Source: Macrostomum lignano (taxonomy: Eukaryota). From it: a stretch of DNA of 64,000 bases. The stretch spans positions 116,251-180,250 of the forward strand of contig NIVC01002366.1 in NCBI GenBank assembly GCA_002269645.1. Reading direction: 5' to 3'. The notes below the pieces were generated by a model. That model saw only the letters and a list, made by a program, of their open reading frames with translations, ran no database searches and had not been told where the DNA came from. Position numbers and translations under genes: made by a program. Position 1 is the first letter of the stretch, and every line of letters starts with the position of its first letter. This document shows, one piece after another, positions 10,901-23,736 of this stretch.

Positions 10901-13900
10901 ATTGACCAATACTAAAGCTATATGTTTGAGCAACACTTGGCACCTATCAGGTACTCAGTGAAGAATTCATTTGACGGTCAGTGGGGAGCCCCGGTGGCCG
11001 GAAGCCGCTTCCTGACGGGATGCGTTGGCGAGGTTCAACGGGGGGTAAGAGTAGCCGTAAACAGTAAAATGTGGATATTTTGCAGGCATGATTTACAACC
11101 GGGTTCGCCATCGCTGCCATTTCAGATTGCGGACATCGGCGTCAACATTTTCACCCAGGTGTGTCAAGTCCCTCATCGATCTGGGGGCTATAGATTTATG
11201 GCCGGAAATTTTGAGTTTCCCGACAAAAAGCTAGCATGCAGATGAGCTCCGAATGCTGTTCTCATAGTACTTCTATACGATGGTAATGCATTAAGCTAAT
11301 TAATCCACTCTTGAAACATGATCTTGCCTTCTACAAACGAATTAACCATAACGTCCGAAAAATCAATTGGCTTCAAAAATTCAGAAACCGGATATCGGAA
11401 TCTCAGAATAAAACCAGCGGAGTCAGTCAGTCCCGCATGCCTGGGTTGAGGCCCGCATCGAATTAAACTGACTCGACATTGATTGATTGATCAAAATTTA
11501 TAGAGGCAAAGAAGAGCATATGGATTCGTTTAAATTAGAAAGATTGATTTTTTGCATCAAAAAGCTTGAACTAGCTAATCTAGCCTGGTCTTTCATAAGC
11601 TTCGACCGATTTACATTTCATGCTGGTTCTGCATTGAATTGAGGTCCTGAACTTGGGCCAAGGAGTAGGCTCGGTAGGACGACAAGCGTGTTTGATTTCG
11701 CTTTCAACTCATTGATAGGCTTCTTTTCCTTTTTAGCACTTGTAAATTAGCACCTTTCGCAGCTTCTGAACTACCGTAAAACGAGCTGGACCAACTACGA
11801 ATTCATAGTTTGTGTGTGTTTAACATTGGGGGGTTTCTCGAACTTTCACAACGTCGAAAGCACCTTTCTTTTCAAGGTCGAAATTTGTAAATAGTGTAAA
11901 TAATGTCGCAACGACGAAAACTCTAGCAAGGGAGTCATATAGTGAACATTTGTTTTTGCGTATGATAAGTGTCGTTTACATACCGTATTTAAAGCATACA
12001 TCTCCAATGCATTACCAAATTAAAGTACAACTCGAAGCTTTTGATACATGAAGCATGCACATGAAAGTGGCTGTTAATTCAAGTTTTCGACCTTGGGAAA
12101 ATTTGAGCTTATGAAAACTCGAGCTCATGAAATAATTGCCTTCCGATGTGAATTTTCGAGCTGATATAAGCACAACGAGCCGAATTAATCCCAAGAACTC
12201 TGTGTCAAAATGACAGACAAGCTCAGACAAAATTCTCAGACAAGCCTTAACTTCTTGCTTGATCGCCAAATCCATTTCGCCATTCAAACGATCTTTCTCA
12301 AAGTTCTCGAAGATGAGAAAAGTCTTAAATTTAGTGTTACTCGTAAAACCGGAAACATTTTAAGCGAAGCTGCATGGGCCTTTATAATCCATACACTAAA
12401 AATGGTCTGTCTTCTTTCTTTCTACCAGTGGTCCTTGACGTGCACATGTGGCTCGTACGTGTAGAAAATAAGTTTCTAGCTGACGCTTCTGAGAAGAGCT
12501 TCAACAGAATTGCAACCGAAGAGCCATATTCACATTCCAATGGCCCCTGCCGAACCTTCCGCAGACTTCCGCTCGAATCCAGGCCGTCCAGTTCTCCGTG
12601 CCGCTCTTTGAGGACGTCAGCAGCGCCTTGCTGCCAATGCCACCGATTGAAGAAAAGCTTTGGAATTTCGTCGGCCCCTTCAGCGCCCAGGTGTGGATCC
12701 TGCTGCTCGTTGCTCTGCTTTTCGGTTCGTCCTTGACCTGGCTGATTGCCTACTTCAATCCGTTCAGCCTGTGGAACCTGGGCCTCAATTACGCACTTAT
12801 TGATGAGGTCTCCTACAAGGAGTACATCTGGTCCTTCATCGGCAGCCTGCTGCAGCAGGGCCAGGATTTCTACCCATTCGCGATCAGCCCCAGGACGCTC
12901 ATCGCGTTCTGGTGGCTGTTCGGCGTCATCATTATGGGCAGCTACACGGGTGAGAGCTGGACTCGACAATCAGGAATCCTCTTTGAGATCAGCGATCTTG
13001 TATATAATTTGACTGCTGATTGTCCAACTTGATAATAATTTTCCACATTATTATCTTCAATTGAACCTCTCCACCTTCCCTTACTCCTCAAGCTGACCTC
13101 GCTTCGACCCTGGCAGTCTCCACTAGTGTGAAGCCGATTCGGTCGCTACAGGATCTGGTGAGCCAATCGGAAGTGAAGCCAGTGGTGACGGCTGGCACGA
13201 GCCAATGGACTCTGCTTACAAGTTCCGATGTTAACATCTTTCAACGGATTGCGGCTCAGATGGTGACGGTGAAAAGAGAAGATGAATGCAGACGAATGGT
13301 GAGGTTATCAGAGATTCTGAGTCGGGTCTGCATTCATTCTTAATATATCCTGAAGCAGGACCAAGTAACCGGTTGTTTTGTTGCTTATGCATGTTCAATC
13401 ACCCTTTTAACTTGTTCCCAATTTTTTTTAAATGATTTCGGCAATCCTCTCCTATATACGCTCATACTAGTTACTAGCTAGATTACTTGGTATTTCCTAT
13501 CCCAGAAGGTGATACGTTCAATTGCATCCAGCAGACTTGATCGATCTCATATTCAGTTCAATCCCACGCGTTCGTGATTAATGGTTTCAACAGCAGAGAT
13601 CACTCGCTATGGATAACCCGCTACTCCACCAGCTCGTCCTCAGGAAGTAAAATCATCAGCATAAGAGGATTTGTCCTTTTCACAAACTCAGGTACTTACC
13701 GACAGTGCGGCTTGCATCATGGACTCCATGACGTTGCAGTACACAGCCAACAGGAACTGCACCCTGGCCTACATGCTCGGAGAGACATTCGCCCCTACTA
13801 CAGCGTCGTTTTTCTACGCCAAAGGTGCCGAATTCGGGAGCCTGTTTGATTCCTGGTGAGTTCAGCTCGGGCAAGTTATTCGAATATAAAGGACAATTCA

Positions 13901-14846
13901 CATAACATCGTTCTATTGTAGCTCAATTAAACTGCATTGTAAATTTACGTGGTACCAAGAGTCGACCGGTTGATATATATAGTTTGACTCTCTCGTGGTT
14001 ATCTCGGGATGCCCAGGAGACGAGATTTTAATCAACAGTAATCCAGGGATTGCAAGGCATAAATCACGGGATGTTTATTGTCAAGATTGAGATCATTGGG
14101 ATAACACTTTGTAGGTTGTGGCAACCATTTTGTAAAAATGGCATTTTAATTTACGCAATACAGACTTTTGCATCTTTACTACTGACAGAGTTGGACACCT
14201 ACAACATATATCCGTACGGTACAGGATCGCTTGAAATAGATTTGAATTCTAATATGTTAGAAGGACGAGGGCAAGAGTAAAATTAAGACGCATCGTTTCT
14301 AAGAATGAGATGAAAGGCTCGGCTCTGCACTTGCCAATGAAAATATACCTTTTTTCTTTCACACACACTTATAGTGGCTGAATTTGGTTGTATTTGGCCG
14401 TCATAGGGGACTTCTGTCGCCCTAGTTGATGTCCAGGTCTTTTAAACTTCCCTACGACTACGAGTAAAGTAGATCGAGATCGGATTTCGGGGATTGCAAC
14501 TTGTCGGGATTTTGTCGGGAATCCTTATACGAGCGTACTGAAGTATATTGATATAGCTTATCGTCACACTACAATCTTTAATCCGCTAACAATTCTAATC
14601 AGCATGCAGGAACTGAAGCAATCCGGAGTGCTGCAGCGCTGGGTAGACAAGTACTATAAGGCGGAGAAATCGGCAGCCTGCCAGAGAGGAGTCACTACTG
14701 AGGGCGATCCAATTCCACTCGAGGGAGTTGGTGGCATCATAATAGTTACGCTGGGGTTTTACGCGACTGGTTTGATTCTATTGTTACTGGAGCTCGGTTG
14801 GACTCTGGTTTGCGGCCGACAGCCTCTGGACTTGTCGTGCTTTTGA
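7962..14846 (+). CDS. Ionotropic glutamate receptor-family subunit (ATD + S1/S2 LBD + M1-P-M3-M4), multi-exon; first exon not located
   Basis: Approximate exons: 7962-8221, 8486-8632, 8711-8812, 8898-~9280, 10032-10157, 10247-10501, 10611-10717, 10951-11044, 11126-11158, 12565-12949, 13093-13298, 13692-13855, 14603-14846, with compatible phases. Motifs: YPPF, GQWGAP...GCVGEVQRG, IADIGVNIFTQ|TSARIQAVQFS (S1 Arg), GSLLQQG pore loop, SYTADLASTL (M3), AGTS, IMDS, M4 and stop. Confidence 0.9.
9299..10004. repeat. (GACT)n microsatellite with interspersed TGAGTGAGTGGG variants, intronic
   Basis: Direct reading; it explains the SQSV ORF at 9239-10006. Confidence 0.98.
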
Positions 14847-15529
14847 GAAGTGCATGCACTGTACGCGCACTGGGAGTATAATAATTTAACCATGTCAATT
14901 GATTAGAAATGGGGATAAAAATTTTTCATCTTAACGGTACCAATGAATTTCACACGTTTGCAGTGTCGTTTATCGACTGGGTTGAATAAAATGTACATGT
15001 ACATGTATCTCTCTGTCTCGGATCAATATGATTTAGAAATCTGAATCCTGGCTTTTCATTTTTCCGACAATTAATAAAACACCAAACGACTGGTGCACAC
15101 CCGCAGATTTAGTTATAAATTTAGATACGTGCGTATTTTTGTGACTGTGTTGCTGAATCCTAAAGCTTTCACTGTCTTGTTACTCCTGAGTTAGTTACTT
15201 GAGCTCGTAGTCCTTAATACGAGCTTTGATAAATAACTAGCTTGCATGTAACATCCAGCTGTTATTAAGAATATTTAAAACCAACGCTGATTCTGTGGCT
15301 CGCGGTAGAGGAGAGCACAAACGCCGGCCCCGACAAGAGACCGCGTGCCGTCTGGTCCGGTCATTAATCAGCTGAAAGGCCGCAAGAGAGGCAACACTCT
15401 GAACCTAGTGGGTGACACATCCGAAGACAGGCGAAGCGACCTTCTTCTCTGGTATTGTCAACGCGCCTCCTCCGCCGGAACGGGAGGACATGTGATTGCC
15501 CACGGAGGTTGCGCTGCCAGAGAGGACAG

Positions 15530-15700
15530 CTCCTTTAGCACCAGCCCCATCACCATCGACGAGGTGTCCCAACTTGCAAAGAAGACTCCAGTCGAGGTGC
15601 TGCGCCTCCCGCAGGTCGCGTTGGAAGTCACGCGAGTGATGAACTGCGTGCTAGCTGGGGGCCCCACCCCTGAAGTTTTCCACCGTCTTTCAGCCGCTGT
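15530..15700 (+). mobile_element. Degenerate non-LTR retrotransposon (LINE) ORF2 fragment from just upstream of the RT domain
   Basis: FSTSPITIDEVSQLAKK-TPVEVLRLPQVALEVTRVMNCVLAGGPTPE resembles the 'PIT.EEV...KA.GPD.IP.EVL' region preceding LINE RT, with the GPD segment missing. Confidence 0.45.
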
Positions 15701-17494
15701 TACCCGGCACTGCACCGGCTTAATTGGCTTTTCTGCTACGGTAAACTATCTGGATGACTGAGCAGTCGCTGGGAAATCTGAGTCCGAGGCTTTCGCTACT
15801 TTCAATTGCCTGCTGGACACAATTTTGACACATTCTTTTGAATGTCTTACATGTATAAAGAAACTTTTAAAGGCCGCCTTTAAGTATTCATTTTTAGCTC
15901 GTAATTTGATTAGAAGAGATAAAATGTATGTGTCTTTTGATTTATATGATCTAAGTGTTGTAGGGTACTTTCTTTAATAATAGTATCCCCACTACTTATC
16001 ACCAGCAGTTGTAGGGCTATTCTAACTCCTATTTTCTGGTTTCCTAAAGCTGCCACCAAACGTTTTTGTAGGGTTAAACTTCTCTCTATTGATTAATGTA
16101 CTTTCGTATCAATGTACTTATACTTATTAGTAGCGTGACTACTTCTCTATCTAGTTCTATATTGGTTAGCGTCTACTTATCTTATTGGTAGCGTTTGTAT
16201 ATTCACTCTACTATTTGGCCTGAGCGGTATAATGGCATTAACGTCCTGGGCGTTCCTGGGATCAGAGGGTCACAGGTCACAGCTTATGTAGTTTTCCCTG
16301 CACCCTGAGGCGACTTCTGCCCTGAGGCGGCTATACACTCTATCGGGTTAATTTACTGCCCTGAGGCGATTCTCGCTCCTTAGCGGTTCTCTAATTCTCC
16401 CAATAAGGGGCTTAATAATAAGTCAATTTGAACAACTGCTTTTTAAAGATTTAGTCAGGGTCTACTCAAACATCCTGAGTAGTACGTAGTAGTAGTATGT
16501 TTGAACATGTTTGAGTAGTCCCTGGATTTAGTAAGGACTTATTAAACTTTGCTCGCAATTGGAAGCTCGCGGCGAGTTGCTTCTCTTGGCCCGCTCGGGG
16601 CTTCTATTTATACCAAGATTTGTAAGATTGCGAAAATAATTGAGGCGTGAAACGCGGTGGTTCGTTTGCTTTAATTTTTCTTTGATTGTTTTCCGTGTGG
16701 AAAAGAATAGAGAGTTGAGTAATTGCGTGTTAGGGTGCTGTATATTTATATACGTGTTGATAGAACATTCCGGAATCCGGAAAGTTCGAGAAGCGGTTTT
16801 TAGAAAGGGGTGCGCGGGAGTTCAAAATACCAAGTATAGAAGGGGGGTGCGTGTTTCGCGGAAGTTTCTAGCATACAAGTATTGTACTTACTGTACGCTA
16901 TCTTACACCGTATACGCGCGTTGTTTAGTTGGAGAACTTTCTAGAATATGAAGATTTATGCATGTTATAGAATATTATAGAAAATAGAAATACTTATAAT
17001 ATAGTGAATACGCTACAGATTTCTCACCATTTAAAACAAATACTAATTCACGAGAATATTTTTGTAAATCACAACAATTAAACAAAAATTAATGTTTTCA
17101 GCATGAATTTGAAAAATGGTTTTCTAAGAAACAAGAGTGCAACACGAGTAATTTATAACATTTAAACAGTATTATTATATGGCCCTTCTTCATAAGTTCT
17201 AAGCAATATAGAAATCTATAGAAATCTATTTCATTAAAAAAATTTTCGTATAAAAAAAGAAAAGAAGCTTAAAGAAAGAATGCTTATATCAAACAAATTT
17301 TCTAGGCCTAGTAATACAACTTTTAAATACCCAGCTATAATTGAACACAATATTAGTTTTGCTAAAAATTAAAAAGGAAATAGAGTTTAGAAATATGTTT
17401 AATGCAGCATAGATTGTTAAAAATTTATATAATTTCGGGTTTATGTCTATAAAATAATTTATCCCCATTCTCTCTTTTGACAATAATATTTTGG

Positions 17495-18747
17495 GGGTGC
17501 ACGAAAATTGACTGCCACAATTTGACTGCCACAATTTGACTGCGGTCAATTTGACTGGGGACAATTTGACTGCCGAGCAATTTGACTGCCGACAAAATGA
17601 TTGCGAACAAAATGACTGCGGACAAAATGACTGCGGAAATTTGACTGCCGACAATATGACTGCGGCAATTTGACTGCCGACAAAATGACTGCGGCAATTT
17701 GACTGCCAGCAAAATGACTGCGGCAATTTGACTGCCGAGCAATTTGACTGCCAACAAAATGACTGCCGACAAAATGACTGCGGAAATTTGACTGCCGACA
17801 ATATGACTGCGGCAATTTGACTGCCAGCAAAATGACTGCGGCAATTTGACTGCCGAGCAATTTGACTGCCAGCGAAATGACTGCCGGAAAAATGATGCTC
17901 CTAAAGTTTAGCACTCTGTCAACCCTTTTAAGTCTATGCATGTAGTGAAATATTGTATTTACAAGCTAGAATGATGCAGAACAGAACACATAACTTTTAT
18001 ACAACAAGCTGGAACAGCTGTTGAAACCCGCGGATTTTGAACAGTGGGAAATGGGAATTCCAATTTTAGGAACTATTTTGCATATATTCTAAAATCTGAA
18101 GTTAAACTCAAGCAAAAACTTTTATTATTAGAGTTAAACATAACATAGATTACATTCGTGTAAAATTAGGATTGGAGGCAAACTATTGATATTGTTGGCT
18201 GGGGTGCGGCGCAGAATGTCAGAAAAACTCTGGCCTCTACTTCTGCCTCTCGATCCCTATGTTCCTTGCATCCTTTGAACCTTCTATCTTCTCTTCTGTT
18301 TTCTCACTTCTCTTTCGTCTCTTCTCTCTCGTCTCTGCTCTCTCATCTCCCCTCTCTCATCTGTCATCTTTACTCTCTTATACTGGTATGTTCTCTCACC
18401 TCTCTCCTCTGTACTCTTCTCTTTCCCCTCTTTTGACTCCTCTCTTTCCTTAGTCCTCTTCTTTTCCCTCTTCTATACTCTCCCCTTTATTCACTTCTCT
18501 CGTCTCTCTGCACTCTGCTCTCTCCGCCTTCATCTCTCATCTCTCTCTCCTCTTTTGCATAACGAGAATGCGCCTAGCAAGTTTTTCAAATTCATTCGTC
18601 AATATAAAGCTGTGCACAACTAGGCTAGGCTTTTGGTTTTGGTGTTTGGGGTTGCCAACTTTGGGGTTTGGAGTCAAATAATAAAAGGAGAGGGTGATCA
18701 GTGGAGCCCACAAGTTTAGGTGGCGAGCAAACTCATAAAACTCCATT

Positions 18748-18837
<90 letters not shown>

Positions 18838-19081
18838 ACATTGAGGGACTGGGGGAGAGAGAAGGAGGAGTGGCCTCTTGTTTTCTATATTGTCAGCAGT
18901 CATTTTTCTGGCAGTCAAATTTCCGCAGTCATTTTGTCGGCAGTCATTTTGTTGGCAGTCATTTTGTCGGCAGTCATATTGTCGGCAGTCATTTTGTTGG
19001 CAGTCAAATTGCTCGGCAGTCAAATTGCTCGGCAGTCAAATTGTCCGCAGTCAAATTGTGGCAGTCAATTGTCGTAGACCC
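17495..19081. mobile_element. Mutator/foldback-type non-autonomous element with tandem-repeat TIR arms and a 9-bp TSD
   Basis: ATATTTTGG is duplicated at 17486-17494 and 19082-19090. Termini are GGGTGCACGAAAATTGACTGCC and (reverse complement) GGGTCTACGACAATTGACTGCC. The arms are arrays of ~13-15-bp TTTGACTGCC-based units in opposite orientation (17505-17890; 18893-19070). Confidence 0.85.
18748..18832. repeat. (GA)n microsatellite inside the foldback element
   Basis: Direct reading. Confidence 0.97.
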
Positions 19082-19882
19082 ATATTTTGGTGTTTGTAAT
19101 AAATGCCTATATTAATGGGTTTTATTAATCACTGTGTCCATAATGATTCCTTACAATGGAGCACCACAAACAGGCACTTCCCCACCAGGGGGGCAGGGAG
19201 GATACCCCCCCCCCCCAGTAAAAGCTCTAGGTCATGCCAATGCTTTGTCCCCCTATCTCACCTTGTGAGTTGTTGTGGTTATCAATAATTTTTCTTCAGG
19301 GTGCCAAAATTACAGAGCTTACAGCGCTAAAAGATATGCCTGCCGCACTAAAATGAATGCCTGCGGCGCCAAAATGAGTGACAAAATTTAGTCATGTAAA
19401 GAAGCCTAACTTGTAGTGCAGAAAACTAATGTGCGATCAGCTGTATCCAATATTTGTATTTTTAATGCTAGACTAAAAACCATGAAATAATAGTATAGAA
19501 AAACTATAAGATTGGTCACTTTAGATAAACAAAAGCACCAATTCACAACTTATGGCATGCTCTTTAAACTTTATTTATATCAAAATAGCAGCATTTTTTA
19601 CCTAAAAACTTTTTTTAAAGATGTTTGTTGATACTCTACTGGTAGTAGGGATAAAAAAGTATTAAATTATAATACCAATTCAAATGTGATTAATACTCTT
19701 CTAGTATCAAAATATCTATCTGTCTTTTGAATATCTGTCCTGGCACAACGGACACAATTAATAAGAAGCAACTGATTTTGCGTCACACATCTGGACTGCA
19801 TTTTTCCACGATAATTCTATCTTGCTATTATCGTTCAGCTTCAGTTTTCAGCAAAGTCGCTTGAGTAGGAGCACATCCTAAA

Positions 19883-21190
19883 ATGAGCACGGAAGCGAAG
19901 AGAGACCACCCAGATGTGACGCTGAAAGTGATTGGCGCTGCACCGTCACGCACTGGCACCACTTCGACAAAACGCGCCCTCGAGATGCTTCTTGGCGGGC
20001 GCTGCATGCACTTTAGCGAGCTGGTGTACCGACGGGATGAGCTCCCCATCTGGCTCGAGGCTACAAAGCGAGGCAGGCTGGAGAAGGTTTGCTGGATTAA
20101 GTAGACTTTATTGTGTCATGACCTGAAACAAGTGTGACATGGTATTGATTGTAACACAAGATTCAGTGAATTGCATTCTCTATCTCAACTGAGATATTTG
20201 TAGACTACAGTTAGCCGTGAATTGTCCCAAAATGTTACCAACTTGCCGCAGACAGAGGCTGACCGCCTGTTAAGAGGCTGCACTGCCTGTCTCGACTTCC
20301 CAGCAGCGGCCTTCTATGAGGACCTGATGGAGCACTACCCGCACGCCAAGGTGCTGCTGACCATGCGGGACGAGTATTCCTGGGCTGCCAGCATCAGAGC
20401 CACCATCATGTACAGCATCAGGTGAATGAGACTTACTTTATGGGTTTTAGTCTAATTGATGCACAATTAATGAGTTAGCTAGTCATAAATTCAGGTAGCT
20501 TCAAGCTTCCAGGGTAGTCAAATCTGCTACTTACTTTAGCGTCTAAAAAACGAGATGATATTCGATATCCCGATATCCCGGGACCTATACACGATTGCTT
20601 TGATCTTAGCCGCGAACAACTCGTTCGAATTTCTATTTAAAAATGCATGCTTGCAACGCTTTGCACATTCAATCAAGATTGTTTCAATGTACTGAAGTAA
20701 CTCATCCGTAGCGATCTTTGATCCTCCTCCATTGACAAACTGCTGGCACTCCTGCTTTCGGATTGCACGCCTGATCGGATTCCGCAGAACCTTCGAAACT
20801 GCAATACCACGTTTTCTCCTGCGTCCATTGAACATGGAAAACGCCGGCCTGCTGATGCGGATCAACTTTGAGCTGGGCATGGGCGTGTCTCCGGACCCGA
20901 GCACCACCGACCAGGAGCTGGCAGACGCCTTGCTCAGGTATGCTCAGCAAGTTCGCGAGCGGGTGCCGCCCGACCGGCTGCTGGAGTTCCGAGCGAGCCA
21001 AGGCTGGCAGCCGCTCTGCCAGTTTCTGGGCGGCCTCGACCAGCCTAGCGAGGAATTCCCCAGGCTAAACGACACGAGGTACTTTAGATGCTGCATTCAC
21101 GCCATCCGAGTGGTCAGCACCGTCCTTGTGGCTGCACCGGTCGCGGTTGCGGTGTCGGCCGTTGCTGTGGGACTCTGGCTTCTTCTGTGA
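19883..21190 (+). CDS. Sulfotransferase of the Sulfotransfer_4 (PF17784)-like family with a C-terminal membrane anchor, 3 exons
   Basis: Exons 19883-20086, 20252-20421, 20788-21190. Motifs: KVIGAAPSRTGTTSTKRALEML (5'-PSB-like loop), CMH, DFPAAAFYEDLMEHYPHAKVLLTMRD..SWAAS, GWQPLCQFLG, FPRLND. The C-terminus is hydrophobic. Confidence 0.85.
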
Positions 21191-22371
21191 AGGCTTCATT
21201 CTTTAATGCGTGTGTAAATTCAGGCTGTAATGGAGCAACCGAGTAGTTACTGCTATCTGTTATCAGAATAAACAGATGCAATTGTAACCCTCATGGCAAT
21301 CTCCTGGCAACAACATTTTCATTTTATTTTCGTTTTTCGTGTGTTGTGTCGTCTGTTTATACTATTCCTTTGAATTCTATCTCCATCCGAATGGTTTTTA
21401 TTTTTTGTCTTGGATTTCGTATTTCAAAGTACTTATAATTCAATTTAACTATGGCTACATGTACTCGTAATTCAGAGTGTTTTATAACTTCGATTGTCAT
21501 GTTTTACCTTAACCCGCCGTCACTAGTTTTTCAATACTCGATGTTATGTTATTACAATATTCTGTAAGATATGCTCTATTATACGCTCTACATACGTGCC
21601 TATTTATGCCCATTTTATCAGACACAAAGTGTTTTCGCGTCAGCAAGTATGCCATTTTTGTCAGACTTCTGATCAATTGTCTACATTGGAGTCCAAGGCC
21701 ATTCTTCTAAACTGTTTTGTACATTTGTTAATACGCAGCATTTTTTATTTATGACATTCTTATTGCTCAGTGTATTGTTATAAGCACCAATAGTTATTTT
21801 ATTTATTGGATTGCATGTATATTGAATATACTGTCTTTTTTGTGTTAACTATCGTTTACGGCAGGATCCTTGATGTTGCCAACACGAACAACTGAAGTAG
21901 ACTGAATTCGACGCTACAGTTAGGTTTTTTAGAAATGAGCAAGAGGCTGGTAAGAAGCGTGTTTTTTCGTATCGGTAGTGCATTCGGTATGCTCTCGATA
22001 ATTCATAGCGCTGAATATTGTTTTGCCATAGAAAAGTTCGGCTAAGGAAAATTCATGCCAGAAAAAATCGATTTCTCGACAGCTGTTGCGCCAGCGATGC
22101 GACATACATGCGTCTCCATCTCATTTCTAAGAAAATCGTGTGTAGCCACCTACTTCAACATGCTTGACCATCAGATCGAGTCCCACTGTTCTGCACAGTA
22201 ATGGATCTCCAAATCCTCTCCGGTGTTTTGATTATTGCCATGCCTAGCGAGGATTTTCTCCGATTATTTTCATTTTAAAATCTTATATGGCCAATTTACA
22301 GTAAACCTCATGTTAAAGGCTAAAATTTGTTAATTTTCAGCGAAGAAGCCTGAGGGGTGCATGCCACAGTA

Positions 22372-23736
22372 ATGGCCAAAGAAGCGAAGAGTGACCACCC
22401 CGATGTGACGCTGAAAGTGATTGGCGCCGCACCGGCACCACTTCGATTAAGCGCGCCCTCGAGCTGCTTCTCGGCGGGCGCTGCATGCACTTTGGCGAGA
22501 TGATGGGCCATCGCAGGGATGACATCGTAATTTGGCTCGAAGCTTCGAAACGCGGCAGACTGGAGAAGGTTTGCTCGGTCGGGTAGAGCATACGGCAGTG
22601 CCAGGAAGCTGTGGCAGTGTGCAGTGAGCGGTTGTAGACTGACCGAGCTGAGCGGTTCATTTGGCATGGACTGGTTTGCAGATTTACCATGGTATCTCAG
22701 GTATCAGTCCTGGAGCCAGACTAGCGGTAAATCAGCGAATTTCAACAGTTTAAAGCCTGCTTGTTTTAAGTTAGTTTCATTTATCACCCAATAGCAGCGG
22801 ATAAACCTCTTGCCAGTGCTTCATGCAATCGGTCCATTGAGTCTTGGCATGGTACCTGTTTGCGCGACTAGCGCGCATGAACGCCGAACCTTACGAAGAA
22901 GTGCACCTACGAAGGCCGTGCTCTACGCGATTTGTGCGAGTGCTCAGAATCAACTTAGTATGCACAACTGCTTCTTTCCTCGCTGTCCGTGAGACGACTG
23001 TTGTCTTGATTTGCGGCAGTGTACACAAAATTTACCGCTTGCAAACAAAAACGATCGTTGCTCTTCACCCAATCTTCCTTACAAGTACAGACGGAGGCTG
23101 ACCGCTTGCTAAGAGGCTGCACTGCCTGTCTCGACTTCCCGGCTGCGGCCTTCTATGAGGACCTGATAAAGCACTACCCGCACACCAAGGTGCTGCTGAC
23201 CATGCGGGACGAGTACTCCTGGGCTGCCAGTGTCAGAGCCACCATCATGTACAGCGTCTGGTGAGGCTCCTGTTGTGGTCTGTTTGCTGAGCGACGCCTT
23301 TAACGCTCTACACTCCCCTTCTACATGCATTTGCAGTACGTGGGACGAAATTCCGCGATTTCTCATCCGCCTGCTCAATGTCGAACAGGCCGGTCTGCTG
23401 ATGCGCACCAGCTTTGAGCTGGGCATGGGCGTGTCTCCGGACCCGAGCACCACCGACCAGGAGCTGGCAGACGCCTTGCTCAGGTATGCTCAGCGAGTTC
23501 GCGAGCGGGTGCCGCCCGACCGGCTGCTGGAGTTCCGAGCGAGCCAAGGCTGGCAGCCGCTCTGCCAGTTTCTGGGCGGCCTCGACCAGCCTAGCGAGGA
23601 ATTCCCCAGGCTAAACGACACGAGGTACTTTAGATGCTGCATTCACGCCATCCGAGTGGTCAGCACCGTCCTTGTGGCTGCACCGCTCGCGGTTGCGGTG
23701 TCGGCCGTTTCTGTGGGACTCTGGCTTCTTCTGTGA
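22372..23736 (+). pseudogene. Tandem paralogue of the sulfotransferase with a 10-bp frameshifting deletion in the PAPS-binding loop
   Basis: Exons 22372-22568, 23091-23260, 23337-23736. Relative to copy 1, TCACGCACTG is missing at ~22434, which removes S-R-T-G and gives TGA at 22501-22503. Confidence 0.8.

Noticed and set aside
11455-11468. GCATCGAATTAAAC matches the reverse strand of a conserved SSU rRNA segment
   Set aside because: Only 14 nt match, and the flanks do not continue the rRNA sequence.
17289-19115. Several repetitive ORFs (SAVKLPQSFC...)
   Set aside because: They are translations of the foldback arms.
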